From Massalongia carnosa (lineage: Eukaryota), in assembly GCA_965645245.1 (NCBI GenBank), contig OZ287072.1, forward strand, positions 310,001 through 374,000: a stretch of 64,000 nucleotides of DNA. Direction: 5' to 3'. Both the position numbers and the translations under genes were made by a program. Numbering within the stretch: the stretch's first letter is position 1; every line of letters starts with the position of its first letter. Positions 1-12,200 of the stretch are shown here, piece after piece. The notes below the pieces were generated by a model. The model did no database searches, was not told the origin of the DNA, and worked only from the letters and a program-made list of their open reading frames with translations.

Positions 1-331
1 CACTCGGCGGACAGCCACACGCACATCAGCAGAAACTCCCATGTCGCCTGGATCATGATGGTGAAGCTGAAGGTGGAAAACGAGCGAAACATCCTCTGGT
101 TCCGTTAGCAAGCTAGCCGTGCGACACCGACCTCACGGTAGTCACCATGAGTTCTTGATCCTTCCCCATGCGGTGCATGTCCTTTTGGTCATGGCGAGTG
201 GTGCCGTAGCGAAGCTGCGACGAGTTGGAGTCGCCATCTTCGACGACGCCATCGAGCTCGTATTTGGAAGGGATTCGGGTGGTGGATTCCTGAAAAGGGC
301 TCTTTCCGGGCACGTCTGCGGACGACGACAT
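1..331 (-). CDS. APC-family amino acid permease (GABA/choline permease-like), 5' part; the gene runs off the window start
   Basis: ATG at 331. Exon 1 ends ...DQKDMHRMGKDQELM, intron 145-96 (GTGACT...CCAG), exon 2 reads RMFRSFSTFSFTIMIQATWEFLL. The 'D..rmGk.Qel.R.F...S.f.f' pattern is typical of fungal ACT/APC permeases. Confidence 0.75.
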
Positions 332-727
332 GGCAGTCAGTATGATGGAGAGTGGAGAGGAGAGTGTTTGTGGAAAGGAGGACGAGCAGAGAGGAAGAGA
401 CGATGGAACACGCACGGTTGAACCGTGGAGGGGGGGGATCTACCCGAGGAAGGCAGAGAGCGGAATACCAAGAGCCTAGAACGACATCTAAAAACGGTCG
501 TTCCAATACATGATGGACGACGAGCATGAACGATGAACGGCTAGTTGAGTTAAGTGGAGTGGGGGGTCTTTACTGTATCGGTTCGATGCATGCACAGCAG
601 CTTTAGACGAAGAATCGAAGGATATCAAAATTAAGCGCCCCGATCGTCCATGTCATTGGTGCGCCCCACGCTGGTTCGAACCTCGACACACGCGAACCTG
701 GTCCCCTTTCTCTTATCTCGGTTCCCG

Positions 728-780
728 CTGGTTGGGTGGTTGGGTGGTTGGGTGGTTTGGTGGTTTGGTGGTTGGTGGCA
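728..780. repeat. Low-complexity (TGGT/TGGG)n tract
   Basis: ctggttgggtggttgggtggttgggtggtttggtggtttggtggttggtggc. Confidence 0.8.
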
Positions 781-1402
781 ATGGGCATGCGTAGCATCCA
801 TCCGGTGCACGCAAGGGGCGCACCGCGCAACCTGGGGAACCCTCCCAAACCCACCCCGATGAGAGCAGACGCCACATCCCCCCCATTCGAAAAGCCGGTC
901 TCGTTGAGGATTCTATCTATGTACGGAGCACACCCAGTCCATTCGTGGGCTTTCGATGGCGTGCGCGCCGACAACAACGTGAACCGTAAACTAACCACCG
1001 CCTGCGTTTTTGGGGTTACACCACAGAACATCGTAAGCTCCTCGAGTCCTAGCGCGAGTTCACGAAGATTTCAACCACAATCGATTGCCAGTCACAGCCG
1101 CTGTTGGTTGCACGAACGGGCATGAGGGTCGATAGATGGTCGATAGATGGTCGATAACTCGATGTCTTGACACTTGTTGAAAGCGGAAGGTACAAGATGA
1201 AGACGGAAGAGGTTAGGCGGAAGAGGGTGTTTTCTCCCCTCCGGTCTTCAGGGTTAGGGCAATCGTGATGCAATGGGTGATGGATGATGGGTGATGGGTG
1301 ATGAGGGGGCTACTTCCTGAGTATGGCCATCGAAGCATGGACGAGGTACTCTTGTACGTATGGATATGGATACCTATTCGGGGGTTGCTTTCTCGTTGGC
1401 TA

Positions 1403-3570
1403 TCCCTCTCGCTGTCATTCTAGCACCCCCCCCCAAGCTAAACCATTGTTGGTTAGAAAGCGCTAAACCTTAAACTTTTGACCAATCAATGTTATTCCTA
1501 TTCACAAGAAGTTGTACGGAGTATCAGATACCTATTTACTCGTCCCCTATCATATGAATAGCTTCCCAACAGCTGGCTTTCTTACAGCAGGGCCTGATTG
1601 GATTACATCCTCCACAAGCCCATATAGTCTGAGCACCCCTTCGCCTTCTTTTACGCCCATCGACACTTATTTCAGCCAGTGGCTCTCCCTTCCGCTTTGA
1701 AGGTCGTTTTTTCTCGGCGTTACATTGCACACATCTTTTTCTGCCTTCAAGACGAACGTAATGATGAATGGGAGATGGTACTAAAGCATCAATCGTGGTA
1801 TTGATGCTTATCTTTGATGAGCCGGGCCTGATGCCCGCTTGATTTGATATCAGTTCAAGAGCAATCCGACGAAGAAATTCAGAACGAGTAAATTTTATCT
1901 CCTCGGAATCGAAAGAGTTCAGCGAGTAAAGTTTATAGGCATTCAATCCGGCTGCATCTAAAATAAAAATGAACAAAGGCCACCAGTAACGATCCGTTCG
2001 ACGATTGTATGAGTAAATCGCTCGTTGCTGAGCGTTTCCATCCGATCCCCCCATATGAAGATTATATTCTTTGATTGGGGCTGGTATCGGTAATCCTAAG
2101 GGCCGTTGAACCTCTTGATTGAGCAAGGGAATGGAGTGAGCCAGAGTTGATGGGAAATACGATACAATAGGTTGAAGAGAGGTCTCGGGAATTCCATATC
2201 TCTTGTGCGGATTTATATAGTGCATTTCGTACAAGTCCTGAGGAGAATGACCGGTGGTCATGTACTGCACACCATTATTATCCACCCAGCCCATACAAAG
2301 CACCTTATCGTCGACCACCATATGGGCCTGAAGACCCCAGTCTTTTCCTTTTGAAGTGACGTCCCGTATGGCCAACAATTCTTCTGGAAAGCCCGAGCCC
2401 TTTTTAGCAGTTCCACTGGCAGCTATTCCGATTGATCGAAGTGCCTTGAATAATTTCGTACTAGTAAAGAAATTATCACAGAAAAGATGATAATTCAGTG
2501 AGGATGGAAGTTCTTTACATAACTGAATCACTAGCAAAGCACTAGGAGTTAGTTTATCTTTTGGCAAAAATCCCAATTGTCTGACTGTTTTCAATTCACT
2601 TATTCTGCTACTCTTCGAGGCAAACATAAATGACAACAGATAATTATCCTGACAGAGACTGTAGATTTTAAATCCTTTATGGGCACTTTTTGTAGTAATC
2701 TGCAAGGTATGTCGAGAACGGCCCTTGAATAACACCAGCTGTTCATCTATAGATATCATACTTCCTGGTCTGCAATGTTTCAATGAAGTCTTTCGGAAAT
2801 CAGTAGCCAACGGTTCCAGTTTCTTCCACCAATCAGGTCCTTGACCAAGTCCGATAGGCTCAGTCTGTCCATTATTGATTTTCAAAAATCGTTTGATTTG
2901 TTGAAATCGACCAAGCGACATCGCGGACAGAATAGGCATGATAACTGGTTTGTCAGGACGTTGATTCCAATAATCCTCTGTAGCAGGTAGATGATCGAGT
3001 CCCATAAGAATTAATATGCCCAAAAAAACCTCAATTTCCGAGTCAGTAGTGTCAGTCCAAACCCGATGATTGTTCTCCTTCTCCTTTTCCATGTAGTTAT
3101 TTGCCTTGATATTGGTATGATTTGCGATGATACGACAATGCTGCCTTGTTATAAATAACCGAAATAATCCCAAAGGATTTCGAGAATCGTTTTCAACGAG
3201 CGGAACAAAAGGCCTGTTTTCAACCCGAATGGGGGTATATTTTGAGGAAATAGGGGGAAGGTCGATTAAAATATCCCGAACACTTCTTTTGCGATTTATT
3301 TTATGTTGCTTCGCTGAAATGGGAGATTTGTCTGATACACTCGGGATTTCTTCTTCATTGAGCGTCATACTTATAATATCAATTCCGAAGCTAGAAGAAT
3401 AGTAATTTATGTGATTTATTTTGATTGAATGACCGAATAGTATTCTTTGAAAAGTAAACAAACGCGCAAACACTCTAGAGAAAACTAATGTTCTGATGAC
3501 TCATCGGTGCGGAAGCTAGTCCAATATAGATTAGCTTGGGGGGGGGGTGCTAGAATGACAGCGAGAGGGA
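1403..3570 (-). mobile_element. Full-length piggyBac-family DNA transposon (2168 bp) with 39/40-bp TIRs, flanked by TA
   Basis: Left TIR 1403-1441 is TCCCTCTCGCTGTCATTCTAGCA(C9)AAGCTAA. Right TIR 3531-3570 is its reverse complement, differing only by a 10-G run. TA lies at 1401-1402 and 3571-3572. The element encloses an intact transposase ORF. Confidence 0.93.
1536..3368 (-). CDS. piggyBac transposase (DDE_Tnp_1_7 type, DDD triad, C-terminal Cys-rich domain)
   Basis: Uninterrupted ORF, open to 3473, with first ATG at 3368. Motifs: SIDEQLVLFKGR, KGFKIY, FCDNFFTS, YNLHMGGSD, RYWWPLF and C-terminal RCVQC...CGGC...CC..SCW..H. Confidence 0.92.
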   Translation of the reverse strand: MTLNEEEIPSVSDKSPISAKQHKINRKRSVRDILIDLPPISSKYTPIRVENRPFVPLVENDSRNPLGLFRLFITRQHCRIIANHTNIKANNYMEKEKENNHRVWTDTTDSEIEVFLGILILMGLDHLPATEDYWNQRPDKPVIMPILSAMSLGRFQQIKRFLKINNGQTEPIGLGQGPDWWKKLEPLATDFRKTSLKHCRPGSMISIDEQLVLFKGRSRHTLQITTKSAHKGFKIYSLCQDNYLLSFMFASKSSRISELKTVRQLGFLPKDKLTPSALLVIQLCKELPSSLNYHLFCDNFFTSTKLFKALRSIGIAASGTAKKGSGFPEELLAIRDVTSKGKDWGLQAHMVVDDKVLCMGWVDNNGVQYMTTGHSPQDLYEMHYINPHKRYGIPETSLQPIVSYFPSTLAHSIPLLNQEVQRPLGLPIPAPIKEYNLHMGGSDGNAQQRAIYSYNRRTDRYWWPLFIFILDAAGLNAYKLYSLNSFDSEEIKFTRSEFLRRIALELISNQAGIRPGSSKISINTTIDALVPSPIHHYVRLEGRKRCVQCNAEKKRPSKRKGEPLAEISVDGRKRRRRGAQTIWACGGCNPIRPCCKKASCWEAIHMIGDE

Positions 3571-4364
3571 TACTGGAAATGTTTCGAATCATTGGCTAGT
3601 CGACAATTTATTCCTTGACGTACAAGTTAATGTTTTGAACGAACATGCTACTTAGACAGCTATTGGATGAGGCCCAAGCCTTGATGAGTAAGTGGTCCGG
3701 AAGAGTGATTAAACTCCGTTTGCTACTAATCAGATGGTATGCCTTTCGACTCTCGCAAATATCTCCCAGTGTATTTCTTTTCAGATCTCCCAATCAGTCC
3801 GTTTGTGCGTTCGAGTGAATGAGCTCAAGAGATATGAAGTCAAGGTTTCTGCATAGATTCCTTGCTGCATTTCCTTCCTTTATTTACCATTTTTAACCAC
3901 TTGCATCTCATGCCCATCCCGTCTTCACCAACCCCCTCCATTCCTGAACATCTTACTCCGTCATAGCCCTTGCGATTCTCCTAACTTTAAAGCATCCCAA
4001 TCGCTCAAAAACATCTCTTTCATATAGGTAGGTGTTGCCTAACTGATCGAGGCAACACGACAGATACGTAGGATTCCTCTACATATGCTAACTGTGAATA
4101 AGTGTTTCCCGATGGGTTGGGAAAGAGACAGCATTTGTTTCCATACCCAACGTTAAAGGCCCAGACAATAAAAAAACAAGAGATGATCCGTGTAGATCGC
4201 CACGACGCCCCATCATGTCTACAGGAGGAAGAGGAAAGGGGTATGTATGGTTGGCCAACATATTTAACATGCGACAGACAGACAGTCTGATAGATAAACA
4301 CCTTTTCTTAGGGATTCGCCAGATGCCCAGAATCCATTTACGCCAAATCCAAAAGCTGGGTACG

Positions 4365-7300
4365 CTAGACGCCACGGAACTATAGTGCCACCCAAAGCTG
4401 GTTAGCGAATGAACAGATTCTGAAAAGCAAGAAGACTGGGGCTACAACGCTGAAGATGAAAAAGTAACGACTTACCATCCGCACCACCAAAAACCAGGTC
4501 GCACCACAAAACCGAAACGCCGACAACGCGGCCACGCTCCACAGTACGACTGCCATGTAAATCGTACTTCTCTGCGTATCGCTATTCTTCCCTATCTCGA
4601 CGCGCTCCAAGCCAGCGGTACTCAGCACCACGGCTGCCAGAGCGAAATTCATAAACATCCATGCCAGCACGACGGCGCTACGGAAGCCCTTATAGTAGTC
4701 TTCTTGCTTCTCGGCTGGCGTGATGACTTTGACCTCCTTGGGCGCCTTCTCCGCAATCATGCGCATTTCCGTTTCGTACTGCGCGTTAAGGTCGCCGTCA
4801 TCGGTAGGTAGCTGGATGTCAACTTTGCCACCGGGCTTAAGGTTGGCGCTTTCGAGTTTGGGGGCTTTGTCATCGCCTCTAGTACCCCAGGTGATATCGT
4901 GGGTGTTACAGAATGCGTAGACATTGAGGATGTTGATGTAGGTTGGTGTGAGAAGAAGGTATTGAATAAACTGCCATGAAACATTAAGGTTGGCTTCTGA
5001 CCGATGATGTTGGGAGATATAGGACTTACGGAGGTAAACAAATGCCATGGATCGAAAAACAAAAACGAGACGACAAACCATAGGACATAGGTCGATGTAA
5101 GAGATACGATCAGGGTGAAAAAAAGCTGGTTATGAAACAGATCCGAGATGGCGAAATGATGGTCCGCCGTTTCTATCTGTATCGACTTCACAGTGATGAA
5201 GATGGATGCAAAGATCAAGTACACCATGATGCCGACCCAGAAGTAAACCATTGTCATGTAGAACTTGTTAGACCCCTGAGGTCGATTCCCCATGGCTAGG
5301 ACGAAGCATGTCAGTAATGTGGCCAGGTAAAGCCACTCGAAGATAACCCCTAGAGCCCTTCCTGCCGTCCCTAGAAGATTGTCGGCACCCAGCGAAGTGG
5401 TGAGAATGCGGAAGACCAGGAAGAAATTTCCCTACGCCGTATAAGTTTCCTTGAATATAACAAGCTACATACACTTACAATGGCAAACCAAGCGAAGAGC
5501 ATGTTAATGGTTTGATATACAAACTCCACCATGAACATCAACTTCCTCAGGAAACTATGATCCGTTCGATTAATTTGATAGAAATGGGCCAGAGCATAGA
5601 CAGCGGCGAAGAAACTACCGTTTAACCATCGTCTTCGCTGCATGATGAACTCCGCCATAGTATCTGGCACGTCCGTTTCACCTGTGGAGGATTTGACGTA
5701 TTGCAGAATCCATCGACAGTTTCTTTTCGACACAAGCTCGAAGCATAGGATTCGATCTTCCGCCAAATACATATTAGCTGTGAAAATGCCTGCATTGGCA
5801 CCATGCATCTTCTCTCCGGCAAAGTATTTTTCCAGGGGTCCGTTGCCACTCTTGTCATTTTGCAATGCAATAAAACGATAAGCGGAGAATGCTCCGGGCA
5901 GTACGGTGATGAAACCGAACGCAGACTCCAGCGGTTTATCGAGAATGTTGCTCATCTTGTACTCAAAATTTTGCGTAGCGACCAAGGGATTAAGGAGCTT
6001 TTTGCCACCGCTCGTCATGACTTTGATTTCTCCACATGCACCGGCACACATGGGTTCAAGATCAAATGCCTTCCACAAATGGTAAATAGAGTCTTTTCCA
6101 GGTTTCGTCCCTGCGTCAAGGAGTACGCAAATGTTAGGGTCCAAGACTCGTCCAAAGGCTTGGAAAAACCATCGGTGGGAGTTGATTTTCTTCTGGTTCT
6201 TTTCCTTGAGACAAAAGATCAACTGCACCGGGGTCGCTCCCTTTTTCAAACTCACAACCTTTCCCTTGATCTCCAACCCCACCTGTGTCGTATATTCGTA
6301 AATATGTGCAGTCACATCTTTTCCGCTCACCTGTTGTTTGGCAATACCGTCTTGGTAAACCCCCAGACCAGCCAATACCGCCCTTGTCCGTGGATTTATC
6401 TTGGCACGTCCATCGCTAACAATACAGACAACAATTTTTTTCCAAGCTTCTTTACCCCAAGTCTTACTACTGGTCCTAGAGCACATGTGCTCTACGTTCT
6501 TAAAGACACCACCCATTGTTCTCGCAAAGAGAAAATCATCTTCATTGTACATCGTAACCACGATGAAAAGCTCCGTATGTCGTGGCTTCGCGAATAGGCG
6601 CTGCCGAAGCGTAAAGCGCTGGTCGTAAAACTCCGAAGGATCGCAGGTTGCGGCGGAATAACGCATATGAGTAAACTCGTCACGCTCCGGTGGCTCCGCA
6701 TGAGGAACCTGGTTTAACAGTTTGGGAGGTAATGGGCAATCAAGCACGAGGTTTCCATTGAACAGCTGAACTTCTTTGACAGTTTTCCAACGCCTTATCG
6801 GCGCAGGGCTCGGAGTTATTTCTGGTCGTGGCCCATCGTACCGGTCTTCAATATCTGGCTGCAATCGAGGGTTGGGGCCAAAAGCGTTGTGGGGCTGAAG
6901 AATTGGTTGTTCATCATTCTCGTCAAAGTATTCTTGCTGTTCATGCGAAGGGTATTCGCTTAAACTATGTTCATCTTGGGGAGTTGGGTCATAAGGTTGT
7001 GTGTAATACGCATCGTGGTGTTCTTCCGGAGACAGCGTATAATCACGATCCCGATAATTGTAGTCCGGTCCCACCGCCGGATGATGGGCCTCATACTCTT
7101 GATTATGATGGTGGGAACTGTCTATGTTTTCGACAGAATATGTAGGTTGCGCTGCTAGTCGATCGCCTGCTCCAGCCGGACCCATTGGAATCTGTAATGG
7201 GCCTTGTTGCGGTCTGTAAGGCCCATCTTCCAACTGGTATCCGGCGAGTGGGTGGGCTGGGGAACCCCCGTTACGTGGAGGAATCATTGGAGGTAGGATG

Positions 7301-7488
7301 GAGTGGTAATCTTCTTCGTCTGGATGAACACTAGGACTACCTTTATTCAGGAGATATTGTTAGCGGGGTGGTCTTGGATAAGGGTCTTCTGATAGGGTCT
7401 TCTGATATGGCCATCCATATGCACCATGCGGGGGTTCAAATCAAGGGGTTGAATCGATGGGGAATGTACCTAGGCGGTTATATGCCAT
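4365..7488 (-). CDS. Chitin synthase, class I (division 1), multi-exon
   Basis: Exon 1 is ATG GCA TAT AAC CGC CTA G (MAYNRL) at 7488. The main exon has [57 protein letters not shown] and QRRRWLNG. Later exons include [11 protein letters not shown]. The last exon FRGV* stops at 4365. Confidence 0.95.
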
Positions 7489-8097
7489 CGCCACAGACTT
7501 TCACAAGGAAGTTCCTCCAACTTCACGTGAAACTCGAGAAATGTGAAGAACGCCAGGCAGAGTTTCAGAGCCACGGTAAGAACTGAAGGTAAGTAAAAAT
7601 TCCACCACTGAACATACGCAATGAGCTGACCAGTCAGTACTGAGGCGGAGCCCTGTTGAACTCGCCGACCGCGTGGGGTGTTTTTAATCTACAAACTGCT
7701 AACAGTGAAGAGAGTTTGACATAAAGAGGCCTTTCTCCTCAAGTCTCAAGGGTCAAGCAATAGGCACTGGTAAAGAATGGCGTGGGACTGAGTGGAAGAG
7801 GAAGTTGAAATTTACGCCTCACGTTTTGAGTGCTTTACTCATAGGGCCCAGGCTGAAAGCGACAGAGAATGAGCGACCAGGGTCTGGTGGGAGACTCAGA
7901 GTCCGTATAAACATCTAACCAGTCATTTTAGGGGCTCATGCGCAGGGCTTATTGGACACTATCAGCCTGTCAGAGCCTAGCGTCTCACGTGCTTAACCAC
8001 CGATCACGGATCCGGAAGCCAAACTTAACTCAGCCTCAATACGACGCTAGGAATCTTTGGTTCGAAAATAGGTAGGTAGATCCAGCCAGAGTCTCTC

Positions 8098-8734
8098 ATG
8101 GCCGACCAGGACGATGATGCTACCAAGGCTGCTGAGCCGGTGTCGGTGCTCTTTGTCTGCCTTGGAAACATCTGTAACCGCCCTTCTCCAGTCCATCATG
8201 CCATCCACCTTCCTTCCATCCCCCGCTACCCCTCCATACCCGGTTACTAACATCCCTCGTCCAGGCCGCTCCCCTATGGCAGAAGCAGTATTCCGGTCCT
8301 TGACTGTCTCGAACCCGCTTATTGCACATGTCGACTCCGCGGGAACAGGCGCCTACCATACTGGCGATAGCCCAGACCCGCGGACCATGAGCACGCTGGA
8401 GAATAACGGCATCGGAGACTACAAGCACGGAGCACGCCAGATCCGCTCATCTGATTTTGTAGAATTCGACTACGTGTTGACCATGGACGGGGATAATTTG
8501 CGGGACGTGGAGCGGGCGAGGCAGCGGGCGTGGAGGAATGGGGGTCAGGACGGGCAGGGGCAGGGGAAGGGGAGGGTGATGCTCTTTGGGGATTTTGGAG
8601 GGAGAAGGGGCGAGGAGGTGGTGGATCCATATTATGGGGCCCGGAACGGCTTCGATGTGGCATACAAGCAGATGGTGCGGTTTTCGACGGGGTTTGTCAA
8701 GCAGGTTCTTGGAGAGGAGAAAAAGATGTCATGA
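8098..8734 (+). CDS. LTP1: Low-molecular-weight protein tyrosine phosphatase
   Basis: ATG at 8098. The P-loop SVLFVCLGNIC/RSPMAE is split by an intron. Other motifs: DSAGTGAYH, ARQI and VVDPYYG. Confidence 0.92.
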
Positions 8735-9223
8735 CGATCGTGATCCTTGTTAAAATCCATGACATAGAATATAGACGACAGTGGTAAGTATGATGGGCAA
8801 TAAACGGCACTGAGTAGCCGAAAATATCTTCGTTTAAGCCAACTCCCAGAGGTTGCTCCTCAAGGCTTGTGTCGAGTCAGCCATGTGATCGAGACTTATA
8901 CCATAGCGGATGGCCGTAGAGTCAAGGTAGAGGAACAGGGTGGGACTATATTCAGCAATATTATAGATTATCTTGCGCCACGAAACAGTGAAATCAAATG
9001 GGAATTTTGCACTTATCTACTCCCCCCTAATTATCCTTGGAAAATGTCACCTTTAAAGCACCCTTTACCGCCGGTCTTGCCCCACCGCAGCTTCAGTGCT
9101 AAAGACCTCCATCACAAGACAAAAAACCCCTTTGGTCATCGTCATGAATGCTCAATACAAAACCCTCTTTCCTAGGGCTGTACAAAATACGCCCTTCGAC
9201 CAGATTTGATAATCTCAATGAGA

Positions 9224-10657
9224 TCATGCATCCTCATGCCTTAAGATCGGAGAGTCTAGAGTAGGGATGTTGTTTCCCAGCCGAATGCGCCCTTCCCTTT
9301 CGGACCTTCGTGCGTCTAATCGATCTTGCGCCGTAAAACTCCAATGACAGAGCATTCCAGCTATAAATCCTACTGCATCATTTTTGAACGCCAATATCCC
9401 TCCAACGGTGATGAGCATCACAGCCCATCTCCTCTTTCTCTCGGCTTCTGTTAGATTGGTAAGCTTTCTGGAATTGCTGTCTTCTTCTTCGCCCTCGCGG
9501 CTTGCGTCGCCCTCACGGCTTGCGTCCCCCTCGTCGAGCCACTTCAGATCTCTCGCACCCTCGGTATTAAGGCTTTCGCCCACATTGACCAATTCTAAGC
9601 CTGCAGCAATAACCATGATACTGAGAAGACTGTTCGGAAACTCGGCAAATAGGTTCTTCGTAAAGTTTCCTGCGAACAAGCCAAGCACTAGTTTCACAAG
9701 CCCAAGGAAGATGACACTTGCCCCTGAACGGGCTCCGAATCGGTACTGAGCTGCCAATCCCCCACTACCATGGCAGACTGGCATAGCTCCGAACCAACAG
9801 CCCACCAAATTCATCGCCATGACGCTAAGACCCATGGCAGTCGGGGTTGGCGCCTGCACTTTTGGAAGCAGATCTGCAGACAGGAAGGATACCGCGATAA
9901 CCGAGTTAAGCGTGGTAAGTGGAATCTGCCCTAAGCCCGCTTCCAAAGCTCCTCTACGAAAGCTTCCCAGCGAAGGGATTGAAACATGAGGCTTCCAAAT
10001 GCCGAAGCCGAAGGGCGCATCCGTATCGAACCCTTGAGGCAAGGTTTTAATGATTCCGATGAATAGTATAATCAACGCAAACGGTATCCGCGGAAACATG
10101 GGACTTCCCAGCAACGCCAGGAAAGCCAGCAGCACGGCAGCAATCAGAAGGATGTTGCCAACCCAGGAGGCATCCAGCTCGATCTCAACCAACTTGCCGC
10201 CGTAAATGATCAAAGAAAGTCCTGTTCCGGCTTGAATGCCCTTTATAACGGGAATAGGAACCTTGCGGGTAAACCACTGTATGAGTCCCGTGATGCTTAG
10301 AAAGCCGACGACGCCTGCAACAAACAGGCCCGCAGAAGAGACTTCCGCCTTGGTGAACCGTCTAGCTAGCGCAACCGCAGCAATCGCTTTCATCGGCTGC
10401 ACAGGAAGGGGGATCCCGAAGGACAGCCCGGTCAGGATATTCGCCAGACCTGCAAAAACGAGAGTGCTAGACAAGGAGATGTAGCCTTGAGATAAGGCCA
10501 GGAGGATAGGCAACAGCGTTCCAAGATCTCCAACAGATCCAGAGATTTCGGTAAGAGGTTGACTCCGAAAGGTGCGGATATTGTAATGTTGAACGGCCAG
10601 GAAGCTCCGTTTCGCCTGTGCTGCATGCTCCTTGACATTGTAGCCTAGAATAGCCAT
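9224..10657 (-). CDS. Molybdate transporter MOT1-family membrane protein
   Basis: Intronless 477-aa hydrophobic ORF with EISGSVGDLGTLLP, PLPVQPMKAIAAVA and GAMPVCHGSGGLAAQYRFGARSG. Confidence 0.88.
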   Translation of the reverse strand: MAILGYNVKEHAAQAKRSFLAVQHYNIRTFRSQPLTEISGSVGDLGTLLPILLALSQGYISLSSTLVFAGLANILTGLSFGIPLPVQPMKAIAAVALARRFTKAEVSSAGLFVAGVVGFLSITGLIQWFTRKVPIPVIKGIQAGTGLSLIIYGGKLVEIELDASWVGNILLIAAVLLAFLALLGSPMFPRIPFALIILFIGIIKTLPQGFDTDAPFGFGIWKPHVSIPSLGSFRRGALEAGLGQIPLTTLNSVIAVSFLSADLLPKVQAPTPTAMGLSVMAMNLVGCWFGAMPVCHGSGGLAAQYRFGARSGASVIFLGLVKLVLGLFAGNFTKNLFAEFPNSLLSIMVIAAGLELVNVGESLNTEGARDLKWLDEGDASREGDASREGEEEDSNSRKLTNLTEAERKRRWAVMLITVGGILAFKNDAVGFIAGMLCHWSFTAQDRLDARRSEREGRIRLGNNIPTLDSPILRHEDA

Positions 10658-10999
10658 CTTGCGCTTAGGGTATATTAACGGCTTTGGTTAACTCTAGATC
10701 GAAAGCCTCTGAAGAATGATGCTGATGGCCCGGTCTTGTCGCGATAGGGTGTAGGAACGCTTGAAGTTAGGGAAGGACCCCATGATGCGGATCAAGAGTC
10801 GCGGTCACAAACCAGTTCTCTTGCAGGTGTGACAACCCTAAAACAAGGATTTAACCAATCAGCCATTTTTGCTCGACCCCCTGCGCGCATGACGCGTTTA
10901 ACTGATCCGCATCTCGACTTTTAGTTTCGACGCTCCGTCTCATCAAGTAAAATATCATATAATATCTTAACAGCTTGGCTTGACGGGCTGTCTGATATA

Positions 11000-12200
11000 A
11001 TGAGTTTTCCGAGCTCATCTAGATGGCTTACTTCTTCAGGTAAAGTATTCCATCCCCTCGGCGGCATATTCATACCAAAAAATCCTAATACGTGGTCCTG
11101 CTTAGCCGTCTTCCATGGTCCCTCACCCTCTCAATACCCAATTCTCCCTTTCCTCCATCCCTCTGTAATCCATCGTCGATCTATCTTTGAGCGCTTCTTC
11201 GGCCGTAAAAAAAAAGAGCCCAAGAAATTTCTTGACCCGCTATCTCCCGACTACCTGAAACGCAAGCCCCTCGACGCACCCCAAACTATTACCCGCGGCG
11301 ACCTTGCCCCATCCTCAATCATCGACTCCCCATCACCCGACGATGCCGTTTCTTCCTCCTCCACCACACCCACTATCCCCCAAGTCCTGCGTGATCCATC
11401 GATTATGGCCGCCGCTCTCGACCCCAAGCCCTATCTCCGTAAGCGCTGGCAGCGAAAGATGACAATCCGGGACATCCGCAAACGCGGTCGCATGTCCAAA
11501 ACCATTAAGATCGCGCGCTCGGAGCGGGTCTCTTTGACGAAATCCCATATGATCAAGACAAGCATCAAGAAGCTGGGCCCGCTGGCGCGGCAGATCGCCG
11601 GGAAGCCGATCGAGGACGCGATCGTGCAGATGCGCTTCAGCAAGAAGAAAGCGGCTGTCGACGTGAAGAAACTGCTGGAGTACGCGAGGGACGAGGCGAC
11701 GGTGCGGAGGGGGATGGGACTGGGGAATGTAAGGCTTCCCGCACAAGAAAGGGAAGAGCAGGATGGTGCGGCGGCGCGCCAAAAGGCGGTGGTGGTGGAA
11801 GACCGGAAAGGGAAAAAAAGGATAGTCACGGATCGTACGAGCATATACGTAGACGAAGCATGGGTGGGTCGTGGAAAGTACGGCCAGGCACCCGATTTCA
11901 GAGCCAGGGGAAACATGAACATCATGAGGACGCCAGAGACGAGTAAGTTTGTTAACATTCAGCTTTCTTTCACGTTTCGGAGTATAAAAAGCACGCCATG
12001 CTCCGCCTCTCCCTTTTCTTCGATCGTCGCCCACCACTAACGAGAACATGACAATGGTAGGTATTTCAATCGTGCTCAAAGAAGAAGCAACTCGGATCCG
12101 GCAAGCAGACGAGCGGGAGCGAAAACGACAGCGGAAAAAGGTCTGGGTGCCGCTGCCCGATCGCCCGATCACGGCCCAGCGCCAGTATTGCTTGTGGTGA
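11000..12200 (+). CDS. MRPL22: Mitochondrial ribosomal protein uL22m
   Basis: Motifs KTSIKKLGPLARQIAGKPIEDAIVQMRFSKKK and IYVDEAWVGRG. After an intron (about 11943-12060) the last exon ends ...KKVWVPLPDRPITAQRQYCLW* at 12200. Confidence 0.9.

Noticed and set aside
640..700. GGTTCGAACC resembling a tRNA T-loop or B-box
   Set aside because: The flanking bases do not form a T-stem and no cloverleaf can be built.
5803..6597. 264-aa plus-strand ORF
   Set aside because: It is an antisense shadow of the chitin synthase catalytic exon.
9490..9532. 18-bp in-frame tandem duplication (EGDASR x2) in the MOT1-type transporter
   Set aside because: This is ordinary slippage in a variable hydrophilic loop.
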